From an uncultured Myxococcaceae bacterium (GTDB lineage: Bacteria > Myxococcota_A > Polyangia > Polyangiales > Ga0077539): a stretch of 64,000 nucleotides of DNA. Numbering within the stretch: position 1 is the first letter of the stretch; each line of letters starts with the position of its first letter. The translations under genes and the position numbers were made by a program. Of this stretch, positions 36,669 to 45,257 are shown piece by piece. The DNA is taken from NCBI GenBank assembly GCA_966211675.1, contig CBIHPK010000001.1, positions 27,814 through 91,813 of the forward strand. Direction: 5' to 3'. The notes below the pieces were generated by a model, which did no database searches, had not been told where the DNA came from, and saw only the letters and a list, made by a program, of their open reading frames with translations.

Positions 36669-38330
36669 CTACGCGCCCACGTCCAGGCTCACCCCCGCCA
36701 GGAAGGCCCTGCGAGCGTCCATCTCGTCGTCGGCGTAGAGGCCCTCGGCGTCCGTCAGCGTCACCGCGCGCGAGCTCCCTCGCTGCGGGTCGCGCAGCTC
36801 CAGCGAGAGCACCCCGTCGCGGCCCACGCGGAGGATCACCTCCACCGGCGCCCCGTCCGCCAGGCCCTCGTCGAGCGCCACCTCGAAGCGCCCCAGCGGC
36901 GTCGCCTCGGAGAGCGACGCGCCCTCCAGCACCTCGATGGGCAGCACCCTCGCGCCGCCCCGCTTGCGAAACACCCGCCGCCCCTCGAAGGGAACCCTCG
37001 TCAGCGCCGGCACCAGCACCGCCAGCGCCTCGCGCCGCTCTCCCGGCCTCGACGGGTCCGCCTCCCGCGCCCGCACCCCCAGCGCGTCGGGGATCACCCC
37101 GTGGTAGTCCGCCCCGGCCTTACTCCCCTCGGTAAGACAGCGCTCGGCATAGAGCGCCGCCCCGGCCGCCACCGCGCACGCCGGGTTGAGCGGGTCGTCC
37201 GCGTCGTCGAAGATCCGCACCGCGCTCGCCCCCCGCAGCGCCCTCAGCCGCGCCTGCACGGGGTATAGCCAGCTCGACCCGCCCACCAGCAGCACCTCGT
37301 CGAGCCCCGACCAGCCCAGCGCCGCCCGCGAGAGCGCCTCCTCGGCGCAGTCCACCGCGCGCTCGGTGAGCTCCTCGGTCCAGCGGGCGAGCTCCGCGAG
37401 GGTCACCCGCACCACCGACGGAGGCAGCGCCGCGCCCCCCTCGGTGCGCAGCGCAATCGTGCGCGACGCCACCCTCGCCATCGGGTTGGCGTCTAGCGTG
37501 GCGTGCTGGTTGAGCTGTATCTTCACCCCCTCGGCCACCGAGAGCAGCGCCTCCCGCGAGGCCTCGTCGAGGTCTTCGAGTCCGGTGCCCGAGGCTCCCA
37601 CCGACGCCACGTAGCGCTCCAGCAGGCGCTCTCGGAGCAGCTCGTCCACGCCGAGCCCCCCGAGCTGCACCCCGTACGAGGCCAGAGCCTCCAGCGTCGG
37701 CGAGCCCGCTCCCCCGCCGCGCCGGAGGATCGTCACGTCGAGGGTCCCGCCGCCGAAGTCGAAGACCATGAAGCGCGCGTCGCGAGCCCCGAAGCGCTGA
37801 CCCATGCCATAGGCCCACGCCGCCGCGTCGGGCTCCGGGAGCATCGCGACGGAGGACAGGCCCGCGAGGGAGACCGACTGCGCCACGGCGCGCCGCTCGC
37901 GGTTGCGAAGGCGCTGCGGGTGCGTGACCACCACGCCGTCGATGGGGGGCAGCCCCGGGGTGCGCTCGACCCAGGTGCGAAGCGCCCGCAACACCAGGGC
38001 GCCGAGGTCCGTCGAGTGCAGCTCCATCGGGCCGAGCGACCAGGGAGGACCGCCCACGACGGCGTGGGAGACCGCCAGGTGATTCTTGCTGCCGCGCACG
38101 AGGGCCATGCGGGGAGGCGCGCAGCCGAGGGCGGCGCAGCGGTCGCGCCAGGCGAGGGCCGCGCGTCGCCCGACGGTCACCGCCGGCCGAGCGGGGTCGG
38201 AGCCGTCGAGCAGCACCGTGGAGGCGAGCGTCACTCCGCCCGACTCCAGCGGGATCATCCTCGCGACGCCCCGGTGAGCGAGCGCCACGGACGCGTAGGT
38301 GGTGCCGAGGTCGATGCCGTAGAACGCCAT
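36669..38330 (-). CDS. Hsp70-family ATPase paralogue (non-canonical; no lid region or EEVD recognised)
   Basis: Internal start MAFYGIDLGTTYASVA (phosphate-1 motif). FDFGGGTLDVT (phosphate-2). LLVGGSSWLYPV (adenosine motif). The C-terminus is short and looks beta-rich by eye, and I recognised no canonical lid or EEVD. The upstream 58 codons of the track ORF are Ser/Ala junk. Confidence 0.85.
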   Translation of the reverse strand: MAFYGIDLGTTYASVALAHRGVARMIPLESGGVTLASTVLLDGSDPARPAVTVGRRAALAWRDRCAALGCAPPRMALVRGSKNHLAVSHAVVGGPPWSLGPMELHSTDLGALVLRALRTWVERTPGLPPIDGVVVTHPQRLRNRERRAVAQSVSLAGLSSVAMLPEPDAAAWAYGMGQRFGARDARFMVFDFGGGTLDVTILRRGGGAGSPTLEALASYGVQLGGLGVDELLRERLLERYVASVGASGTGLEDLDEASREALLSVAEGVKIQLNQHATLDANPMARVASRTIALRTEGGAALPPSVVRVTLAELARWTEELTERAVDCAEEALSRAALGWSGLDEVLLVGGSSWLYPVQARLRALRGASAVRIFDDADDPLNPACAVAAGAALYAERCLTEGSKAGADYHGVIPDALGVRAREADPSRPGERREALAVLVPALTRVPFEGRRVFRKRGGARVLPIEVLEGASLSEATPLGRFEVALDEGLADGAPVEVILRVGRDGVLSLELRDPQRGSSRAVTLTDAEGLYADDEMDARRAFLAGVSLDVGA

Positions 38331-38349
38331 GAGGGTGCAGGTATAGGTC

Positions 38350-38363
38350 GCCGAGGCCTCGGC
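38350..38363. promoter_or_regulatory. Perfect 14-bp palindrome GCCGAGGCCTCGGC in the divergent Hsp70/giant-gene intergenic region (candidate operator)
   Basis: Read directly from the sequence. It lies 20 nt upstream of the Hsp70 start (38330) and about 70 nt upstream of ATG 38434. Confidence 0.3.
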
Positions 38364-38433
38364 GCGCGACCCGCTTTCTGGTGCATCCGCCGCGGTGGGC
38401 GCCATGATCGCCGCGAAGGTTCCATGGTCTGCG

Positions 38434-41400
38434 ATGCGCTCTGACGACGAGGCCTTCCTGGAGCTGGAGGACGAGGCCCCCGAGGCGCCGTCGACGGACC
38501 CCACGCCGCACCTCCCCGAGGCCCGCGACGACGAGGCCTTCCTCGAGCTCGACGAGGTCGCCCAGAGCCCCCTCGCTCGGGCCGTCCGGGTGGTCAGCGA
38601 CGACGACCTGCGCGCCGTGACCGCCCTCGCCGAGGACGACCGCCCCCTCCTCGACGCGCTCTACCCCGCGCAGCCCGACCTCGCGGCCCGCCCTCCCTCC
38701 GCCGCCGCCCTCTCCGAGCGCCTCGCCTTCGTGCGCGCCGCGCTCAACCAGGTCACCCGCCGCGGCGCCGAGTGGCGCGCCCGCGCGGAGGTCGCCGGAT
38801 CGGCCCTCGCCCGACGCCTCGAAGCCCTCTCCGGCCACGGGGAGCTCAGCGCCGCCGCGCTCGCCGAGCTCATGGCCTGGCACGAGCGGGCCCTCGAAGC
38901 CCTCATCACCCGCGAGGCCGGCGACGCCCGGGCGCTGCACCCGCCGGAGCTGCGCCGCCTCGACGAGGAGGCCGCCCGCCGTGGCCTCAGCGCCGACTTC
39001 GCCCGCGCCGTCGCCGAGCGCCTCGGGGTCGCTTTACACCGCGATGTATCCCTGGCGTGGTCGCCCTGCGACGCGCTGCCGGGCGCTCCCCGCACCCTCG
39101 ACGCCGCCGCCGCGGCCATCACGGAGAGCGTCGCCCACGCAGTGGTGGCCCTGCGCGACGGGGCCCTCTCGGCGTGGCTCCGCGCCAACCGCGGTGAGCC
39201 CGCCCTCGTCGCGATCGCCCTGGAGTCCGAGGCCCTCGCTCGCGGCCCTGACACCGACGCGGCGCTCATCGGCGCCTGGACCCTGGCCTGGGCCATGGGC
39301 CGCGAAGGCGTCGCCGTCGACGGGCTCGCGGTGACCTCGCCGGAGCTGCTCCGCACGCACCTGCGCGCGGGTCGCCTGGATGCGTCGAGGGTGCGCTCGC
39401 AGGGCCGGGCGCTGGGCGCGTGGTTTCGCCGCGAGGGCCACGGCGCGGTGGCGGCCGCCTGCGAGGCGCTGGCGAGGGACGAGGCCCACGCGGAGCTGCG
39501 GCTCTCCTGGGCGCTGGGCGAGCCGCTGCGGCTGGCGTCCAAGCCCGTCGCCGATCCGACGGCCCTCGCGAGGGAGGTGCTGCGCCGGCCCGAGGCGCGC
39601 GCCGAGGCGCTCGATCGCTGGCGCGACGGGACGCTGCTCGCGTGGATGGACTCGCTCCCCCGGGCGAGGCGCGACGCGGCGTGGATCGAGGACCTCTCCT
39701 CCCCGCGCGCCCACGACGCCGACGAGGGGGCGTTCTGGCGAGGGGTCTATCGTCGCGCGCCGAGGGCCTCGCTTCGGGTCTTCGTGGAGGTGGGCTCCTC
39801 GACCCGGGCGGTGCGCTTCGAGGGCATCGGCGACCTGCGCTCGACGGCCCGCGTCGCGGCCGCCTGGGGCGCACTGAGAGAGGCCCACCTGAGGGCGGAG
39901 CTGCACGCGTGGCTGGCCCGCTCGGCGCCGGGGCTGGAGCTCGACGCCCCCCCGAGCGCCGCTGACGACGGGGCGCTGCTTCGGCTGCTCTGGTCGCTCG
40001 GAGCGACGGGCCTGGTGCTGGCTCGCGGCGCGTCGGGCTCGGCCATCGACACGCCGGCGGACCTGGTGCTCGCGTGGCGTCGTGCTCCGCTGGTGCTGGA
40101 GGCCGCGCTCGCCTCGGGCCTCGTGGGCGAGTGGCTGCGGCGCTTCTTCGCGCAGGACGGGGTCTCCGGGCTGAGCCTCGGCGACGCGATGACCCGCTGG
40201 GGCGTCGGCTTCGGCGCGGGGGTGGCGCCCTCTGGCGTGGCGGCGCTGCGGTGCGCGCTGCTCTGCGGGCTCACGGCGATCCCCAGCGACCCGACCGCGA
40301 GCGGAGGCCCCGATGGACGGGCGCTGGTGGGCTTCGTCGGCATCGACCCGTCCCGTCGCGACGACGCCGTGTGGTCCGAGCTGCTCGATGCGCCGGGCGA
40401 TCCGCTGGGGCAGGGGACCGCGCTCCTCTGGGCCGCGAGGCACGCGCCCGCGCTCGGGGTGCTCGCCGCGGCGGGCGACGGAGCCGCTCGCGAGGCGGTG
40501 CGGGACGCGCTGCTGGCCGCGGGGCGACCGGTCCCCTCGGCGCCCCTCGCGGAGACCCTCGCGGACCAGGCCGCCCAGGCCGAGCGCCGCGCCCGGCAGA
40601 GGGCCCTGCTGGAGGAGAGCGAGCGCATCGCGGCGCAGCGGGAGGCGGCGCGCTCGCAGCTGGAGCGCGAGGCCGCGAGGGTGGCCGCGGAGCGCGAGGC
40701 GGCGAGGCGAGAGGCGACCAGGGACGCGCTGCGGCGCGAGGTCGACCGGGAGGTCGCGCGCATCGAGTCGGAGCGCGAGGCGGCGAGGCGCGCCCACGAG
40801 CGGGCCCTCGCGGCGCTGCAGGCCGAGCGGGCGCTGGCGGAGGCCGAGCACGCGAGGGCGATGACCGAGCTCTCGCTGGCGAGGTCGCGCTCCTCGGGAG
40901 ACGGGGCCGAGGTCGTGGACGCCGCGGCGCTCGAGGCGCGCTGGCGCGAGGCGGCGAGGCGGGCGGCCGAGGAGGAGGTCCTTCGGGCCGTGGCGCGCTC
41001 GGAGGAGGAGCTGCGCGAGGCGGCGCTTCGGGCGGCGGAGCAGGCCGCGGCGGAGGAGGTGCGCCTCGCGGCGGAGTCCCTGGCGGCGGAGCGGGCGAGG
41101 CGGGAGCGCGCCGAGGCGGCGCTGTCCTCGACGCTGGGCGAGCTGCTGGCCCGCGAGGGCGCCCTGCGCGCGGAGGCGGAGCGAGCGGCCGAGGAGGCGA
41201 CGCGGGTGGCGCTCTCCCTGGCCGAGGGCGAGACGCAACGGGTCGAGGCCGAGCAGCGGGCCGAGGAGGCCACGCGGCGCGCGGAGTCCGCGAAGGCCGA
41301 GCGCGTGGCGGCCGAGTGGGCCGCGCAGCAGGCGAGGGCCGAGGAGGAGATCGAGGCCCTGGCGAAGGCCGAGCGGGAGCGCCGAGCGGAGGCGACGCGC

Positions 41401-43248
41401 CTCGCGCTGGAGGAGACGGGGCCGCGCCCCGCGCTGGCCGAGGAGCCCGCGGTGGACGAGGGCTTCACCGAAGACCCGACCGCCGAGGCCGCGGACGACG
41501 TCGGCGAGGAGCTGCTCAGCAGCGACCGCCACGAGGTGGCCTACGACCGCCTCGCGGTGGCCTACGAGGGCGTCGACGACGCGGCGCTCGCGGGCCTGCG
41601 AGACGCGGTGGACGCCTGGTCCCGGGGGAGGCCGAGGCACCCGCTGGCCGCGCTCGGGTCGGCGATGGTGGTCGACGCGGTGACGATGATCCCGGCCTTC
41701 GAGGCGCACGTGGCGACGCGGCTGGAGTCGCGCTCCATCGAGCGGAGGGTGGTGTCCGGCGACGACGACGAGGAGGCCGTGGAGGTGGGCGCCGAGGCCT
41801 CCGCCGGGGGCGACGAGGCCCTCGACGCATGGCTGCTCGACCTCGCGCCCGTCGACACCTGGGACCGCCTCACCGTCGACGCCCCGCTCGCCCTCCGACC
41901 CCGCCGCGAGCCCTGCCCCCGGTGCGCCGTCGACGCACCCCCGGGCATTCCCACCGGCCGCTTACGCTGTGAGGTATGCGACGCCCTCGGCACGGTGGTG
42001 TGCGTCCGCTGCGGCGGCTTCGGTCGCTCCCGCTGCGGCCGATGCGGCGGCAACGGCCAGGTGCTCGTCCCCGGCGGCGGAACCCGTCGCTGCCCCGCCT
42101 GCGACGGCCGCGGCGACGTCGCGTGCGGGTGCTCTCTCGGTCGGGTGGCGTGCGGCGCGTGCGAGGGCGTCGGCCACGGCCCGTGCCCCACCTGCGGCGC
42201 CGACGGCGTGGTGGAGACCCGCCCCTGGGTGTCCCAGTCGGCGCTCGGCGTGCGCGCCCGAGCGGTCGTCGCGGTGGGCCTGCCCCCGGAGCTCGCCGCC
42301 GAGGTGGGCGTCCCCGGCAGCGAGGCCGACGCGGTGGTGCACATCGAGGCCGACGCGATCGACCCCGCCGCCCTGGCGCGCGAGCTCCCTCACGACCACC
42401 TCGGCGCCGCGCTCGCCGACCTGCTCTCCGCGGAGACCGCCCGCGCCTCCGAGGGGCAGCGGGTGACCCGCCAGCAGGTGGTGGTCTGGCGCTACCCCGC
42501 GTGGCGAGTACAGGTGCATGTAGACGGCGAGGCCTTCACGCTCTGGGTGCACGGCGCCCGCAGGCGGGTGTGGGCCGAGCGCTCGCCCCTCGACGCCGCC
42601 ACCGAATCCGCCGTCGCCTCGGTGCGCGCGCTCATCGCCTCCGACGCCCTCGACGCCGCCATCGACCGACTGGTCGCCCTCGCGAGTGAAGACCCTGGCC
42701 ACGCCGGGGCCCGCGACGCGGCGACGGCGCTCGGCGACGCGGTGCTGGCGATGGCCGAGCGGGGCGAACTCTACGAGGCCCAGCGGCTGGCCGGGCTGGG
42801 CGCGGCGGTGCGCTGGCCCGATGCGGTGTCGCGGCTGGTGCAGGCCGAGCGCGTGGCGGGTCGCCGGCTCCACAAGCGCTCCTCCTGGGCGCTGCTGGAG
42901 GACGCCCGCTCGGCGCTGCAGCGAGGCCTCGACGCGAGGGCGCTCGACCTGCTGGGCGAGCTCCACGCCGTGGCCCCAGGCGACGCCGAGGCCGAGGCGC
43001 TGGCGGGCGAGCTCGGTCGGCGGCTCGACGCACAGGCCGGGGCGCTGGTGTCGCGAGGCGCCCTCGACGACGCGACGGCGCTGCTCTCTCGGGTGGACTC
43101 CTCCGGCGCCCCGGCGGTGCGATCGGCGATGGCCACCTCCGCGGCCTCGCTCCAGCGAGCGAGGAGGCGCTCGGCGCTGCGGAGGGCGGCGGTGGTGGCC
43201 GCGGCGCTTCTGCTGGTCGCGCTGGCGGTGCTCGCGCTGCTGCGGTGA
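38434..43248 (+). CDS. Giant (about 1604 aa) tail-anchored protein: acidic N-terminus, large helical region, charged coiled coil, 6x CxxCxGxG zinc-finger cluster, helical C-terminal domain, C-terminal TM
   Basis: Single uninterrupted ORF 38395..43248; ATG 38434 (MRSDDEAFLELEDE) is preferred, with GTG 38395 and ATG 38404 as alternatives. E/R/A-rich heptad-like region at about 40555-41425. CxxCxGxG motifs at 41913-42210. C-terminus RRAAVVAAALLLVALAVLALLR. Confidence 0.85.
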   Translation: MRSDDEAFLELEDEAPEAPSTDPTPHLPEARDDEAFLELDEVAQSPLARAVRVVSDDDLRAVTALAEDDRPLLDALYPAQPDLAARPPSAAALSERLAFVRAALNQVTRRGAEWRARAEVAGSALARRLEALSGHGELSAAALAELMAWHERALEALITREAGDARALHPPELRRLDEEAARRGLSADFARAVAERLGVALHRDVSLAWSPCDALPGAPRTLDAAAAAITESVAHAVVALRDGALSAWLRANRGEPALVAIALESEALARGPDTDAALIGAWTLAWAMGREGVAVDGLAVTSPELLRTHLRAGRLDASRVRSQGRALGAWFRREGHGAVAAACEALARDEAHAELRLSWALGEPLRLASKPVADPTALAREVLRRPEARAEALDRWRDGTLLAWMDSLPRARRDAAWIEDLSSPRAHDADEGAFWRGVYRRAPRASLRVFVEVGSSTRAVRFEGIGDLRSTARVAAAWGALREAHLRAELHAWLARSAPGLELDAPPSAADDGALLRLLWSLGATGLVLARGASGSAIDTPADLVLAWRRAPLVLEAALASGLVGEWLRRFFAQDGVSGLSLGDAMTRWGVGFGAGVAPSGVAALRCALLCGLTAIPSDPTASGGPDGRALVGFVGIDPSRRDDAVWSELLDAPGDPLGQGTALLWAARHAPALGVLAAAGDGAAREAVRDALLAAGRPVPSAPLAETLADQAAQAERRARQRALLEESERIAAQREAARSQLEREAARVAAEREAARREATRDALRREVDREVARIESEREAARRAHERALAALQAERALAEAEHARAMTELSLARSRSSGDGAEVVDAAALEARWREAARRAAEEEVLRAVARSEEELREAALRAAEQAAAEEVRLAAESLAAERARRERAEAALSSTLGELLAREGALRAEAERAAEEATRVALSLAEGETQRVEAEQRAEEATRRAESAKAERVAAEWAAQQARAEEEIEALAKAERERRAEATRLALEETGPRPALAEEPAVDEGFTEDPTAEAADDVGEELLSSDRHEVAYDRLAVAYEGVDDAALAGLRDAVDAWSRGRPRHPLAALGSAMVVDAVTMIPAFEAHVATRLESRSIERRVVSGDDDEEAVEVGAEASAGGDEALDAWLLDLAPVDTWDRLTVDAPLALRPRREPCPRCAVDAPPGIPTGRLRCEVCDALGTVVCVRCGGFGRSRCGRCGGNGQVLVPGGGTRRCPACDGRGDVACGCSLGRVACGACEGVGHGPCPTCGADGVVETRPWVSQSALGVRARAVVAVGLPPELAAEVGVPGSEADAVVHIEADAIDPAALARELPHDHLGAALADLLSAETARASEGQRVTRQQVVVWRYPAWRVQVHVDGEAFTLWVHGARRRVWAERSPLDAATESAVASVRALIASDALDAAIDRLVALASEDPGHAGARDAATALGDAVLAMAERGELYEAQRLAGLGAAVRWPDAVSRLVQAERVAGRRLHKRSSWALLEDARSALQRGLDARALDLLGELHAVAPGDAEAEALAGELGRRLDAQAGALVSRGALDDATALLSRVDSSGAPAVRSAMATSAASLQRARRRSALRRAAVVAAALLLVALAVLALLR

Positions 43249-45257
43249 GAGTGCTTCCCTCGCGCTGGGGCGGGGGTATAGGCTGCGCGCCCGTGAGGTT
43301 CCGAGGACTCTTCGCGACGCTGGGGCTCCTGGGGACTCTTCTGGGCGGGGCCTCCTGCCTCGGGGAGATCGACGACTACACGCAGCAGCCGCTGGCCACG
43401 CACGTCACCGACTGGCGCGACGAGGTGATCTACCAGCTCCTGGTCGATCGCTTCGCCGACGGCGACACGGGCAACGACGTGCGCGTCGACCGCGGCTCGC
43501 TCGGTCGCTACCAGGGCGGCGACTGGCTCGGGGTCATCCAGCAGCTCGACTACCTCCAGCGCCTCGGGGTCACCACCCTCTGGATCTCCCCCGTCGTGCG
43601 CAACGTCGACACCGACGCGGGCTTCGACGGCTACCACGGCTACTGGGCCTCCGACCTCACGGTGCTCAACCCCCACTTCGGCGACCTCGCGATGCTCCGC
43701 CGGATGGTGCGCGAGTGCCACGCCCGTCAGATCAAGGTCATCGTCGACATCGTGACCAACCACATGGGTCAGATGTTCTTCTATGACATCAACAACAACG
43801 GCCGACCCGACGAGTTCCTCGGCGGCAGCGGCGTCGTGGTGCCCTTCCAGAACCCGGGCGGCGTGCCGAGCGCCATCTCTCGCGTCACCGAGTACGACCC
43901 CGACTTCAACCTCCGCGGCCCGGTGCAGGCCTTCACCTCCCTCGGCCCCGCTGGCGACGCGCCGGTCATCTTCCTCGACATGCCGGAGATCTTCCGGGTG
44001 CCGCCGCGCTCGGACATCCTCCCCTCGCAGGCCATCCTCGCCCGACCGGAGGGCTACCACCGCCGCGGTCGCATCACGAGCTACGAGAACGTCGACAGCC
44101 AGCCCGGAGAGCAGACCCTCCTCGGTGACTTCCCGGGTGGCCTGAAGGACGTCAACACCGAAGACCCCCGGGTGCGCCTCGCGATGGTCGAGGCCTACTG
44201 GCGCTGGGTCCAGCTCACGGACATCGACGGCTTCCGCATCGACACGCTCAAGCACGTGGAGCACGGGTTCTGGCAATACTTCGGGGCCCAGATCCGGCAG
44301 CGCGCGATGAGCGCGGGCAAGCAGCGCTTCTTCCTCTTCGGTGAGGCCTTCGACGGCGACGACCGCCTCGTGGGCTCGTACACCAACCCCAACGAGATGG
44401 ACTCGGTCTTCTACTTCCCGCAGAAGTACCGGGTCTTCGACAACATCTTCCAGTGCGGCGTGGGCAACACCCGGGACGTCGAGGCGCTCTACACCGAGCG
44501 CCTGCGCGACTTCTCGGCGACGCCGCAGCCCCTCGGCATCGGCGTCGCGCCCACGCAGGCGCTGGTCAACTTCATGGACAACCATGACGTGTCGCGCTTC
44601 CTCTATGGAATGAACCCGACCGTGGTGGACAACATCCGGGGCGTCGACCGGAGAGGGCCCGACTGCTCCTCCGGGCTGGTCAATGGCAACAACCCCGCGG
44701 ACGTGGAGCGCTTCCGCCCCCGGCTGCTGGCGGCGCTCACGTACCTGCTCACGGAAGACGGCATTCCCTGCATCTATTACGGCACCGAGCAGGACTTCCG
44801 CGGCGGCAATGACCCCTCCAACCGGGAGCGCCTCTGGGATACCGGATATCCCACCAGCGAGACCCGCCGCGACGGCTCCGTGAGCACCTTCGGATGGACC
44901 CGCCGGCTGATCGCCGCGCGCCGCACCTACCCCGCGCTGCGCCGCGGGAGCTTCTCGGTGCGCTGGACCACGGAGCACACGGGCGCCGAGCAGGACGCGG
45001 GGATGCTCGCGTTCGAGCGGGTGGACGGGGCGAATTTCGCGCTGGTGGTGATCCACGCAAAGGACGGCACGGCGGAGACGAGCACGGCCCGGGCGGGGGG
45101 CAGCGCGATGACCGTGAGCCAGCCCGAGGGCACGGAGCTGGTGAACATCCTGGGCACCGAGCCTCGGACGGCGACCGTCGGCAATGGCGGACAGGTGACG
45201 GTGTCATTGGGACCATGGCAGAGCGCGGTGTTTGTTCCTCGATCGCAGGTGCGCTGA
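43245..45257 (+). CDS. GH13 alpha-amylase-family glycoside hydrolase, lipoprotein
   Basis: GH13 regions DIVTNH, GFRIDTLKHV, GEAFDG and FMDNHDVSRF. The GTG at 43245 overlaps the upstream stop as GTGA. An alternative GTG at 43293 gives MRFRGLFATLGLLGTLLGGASC with a lipobox. Confidence 0.88.
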   Translation: MRVLPSRWGGGIGCAPVRFRGLFATLGLLGTLLGGASCLGEIDDYTQQPLATHVTDWRDEVIYQLLVDRFADGDTGNDVRVDRGSLGRYQGGDWLGVIQQLDYLQRLGVTTLWISPVVRNVDTDAGFDGYHGYWASDLTVLNPHFGDLAMLRRMVRECHARQIKVIVDIVTNHMGQMFFYDINNNGRPDEFLGGSGVVVPFQNPGGVPSAISRVTEYDPDFNLRGPVQAFTSLGPAGDAPVIFLDMPEIFRVPPRSDILPSQAILARPEGYHRRGRITSYENVDSQPGEQTLLGDFPGGLKDVNTEDPRVRLAMVEAYWRWVQLTDIDGFRIDTLKHVEHGFWQYFGAQIRQRAMSAGKQRFFLFGEAFDGDDRLVGSYTNPNEMDSVFYFPQKYRVFDNIFQCGVGNTRDVEALYTERLRDFSATPQPLGIGVAPTQALVNFMDNHDVSRFLYGMNPTVVDNIRGVDRRGPDCSSGLVNGNNPADVERFRPRLLAALTYLLTEDGIPCIYYGTEQDFRGGNDPSNRERLWDTGYPTSETRRDGSVSTFGWTRRLIAARRTYPALRRGSFSVRWTTEHTGAEQDAGMLAFERVDGANFALVVIHAKDGTAETSTARAGGSAMTVSQPEGTELVNILGTEPRTATVGNGGQVTVSLGPWQSAVFVPRSQVR

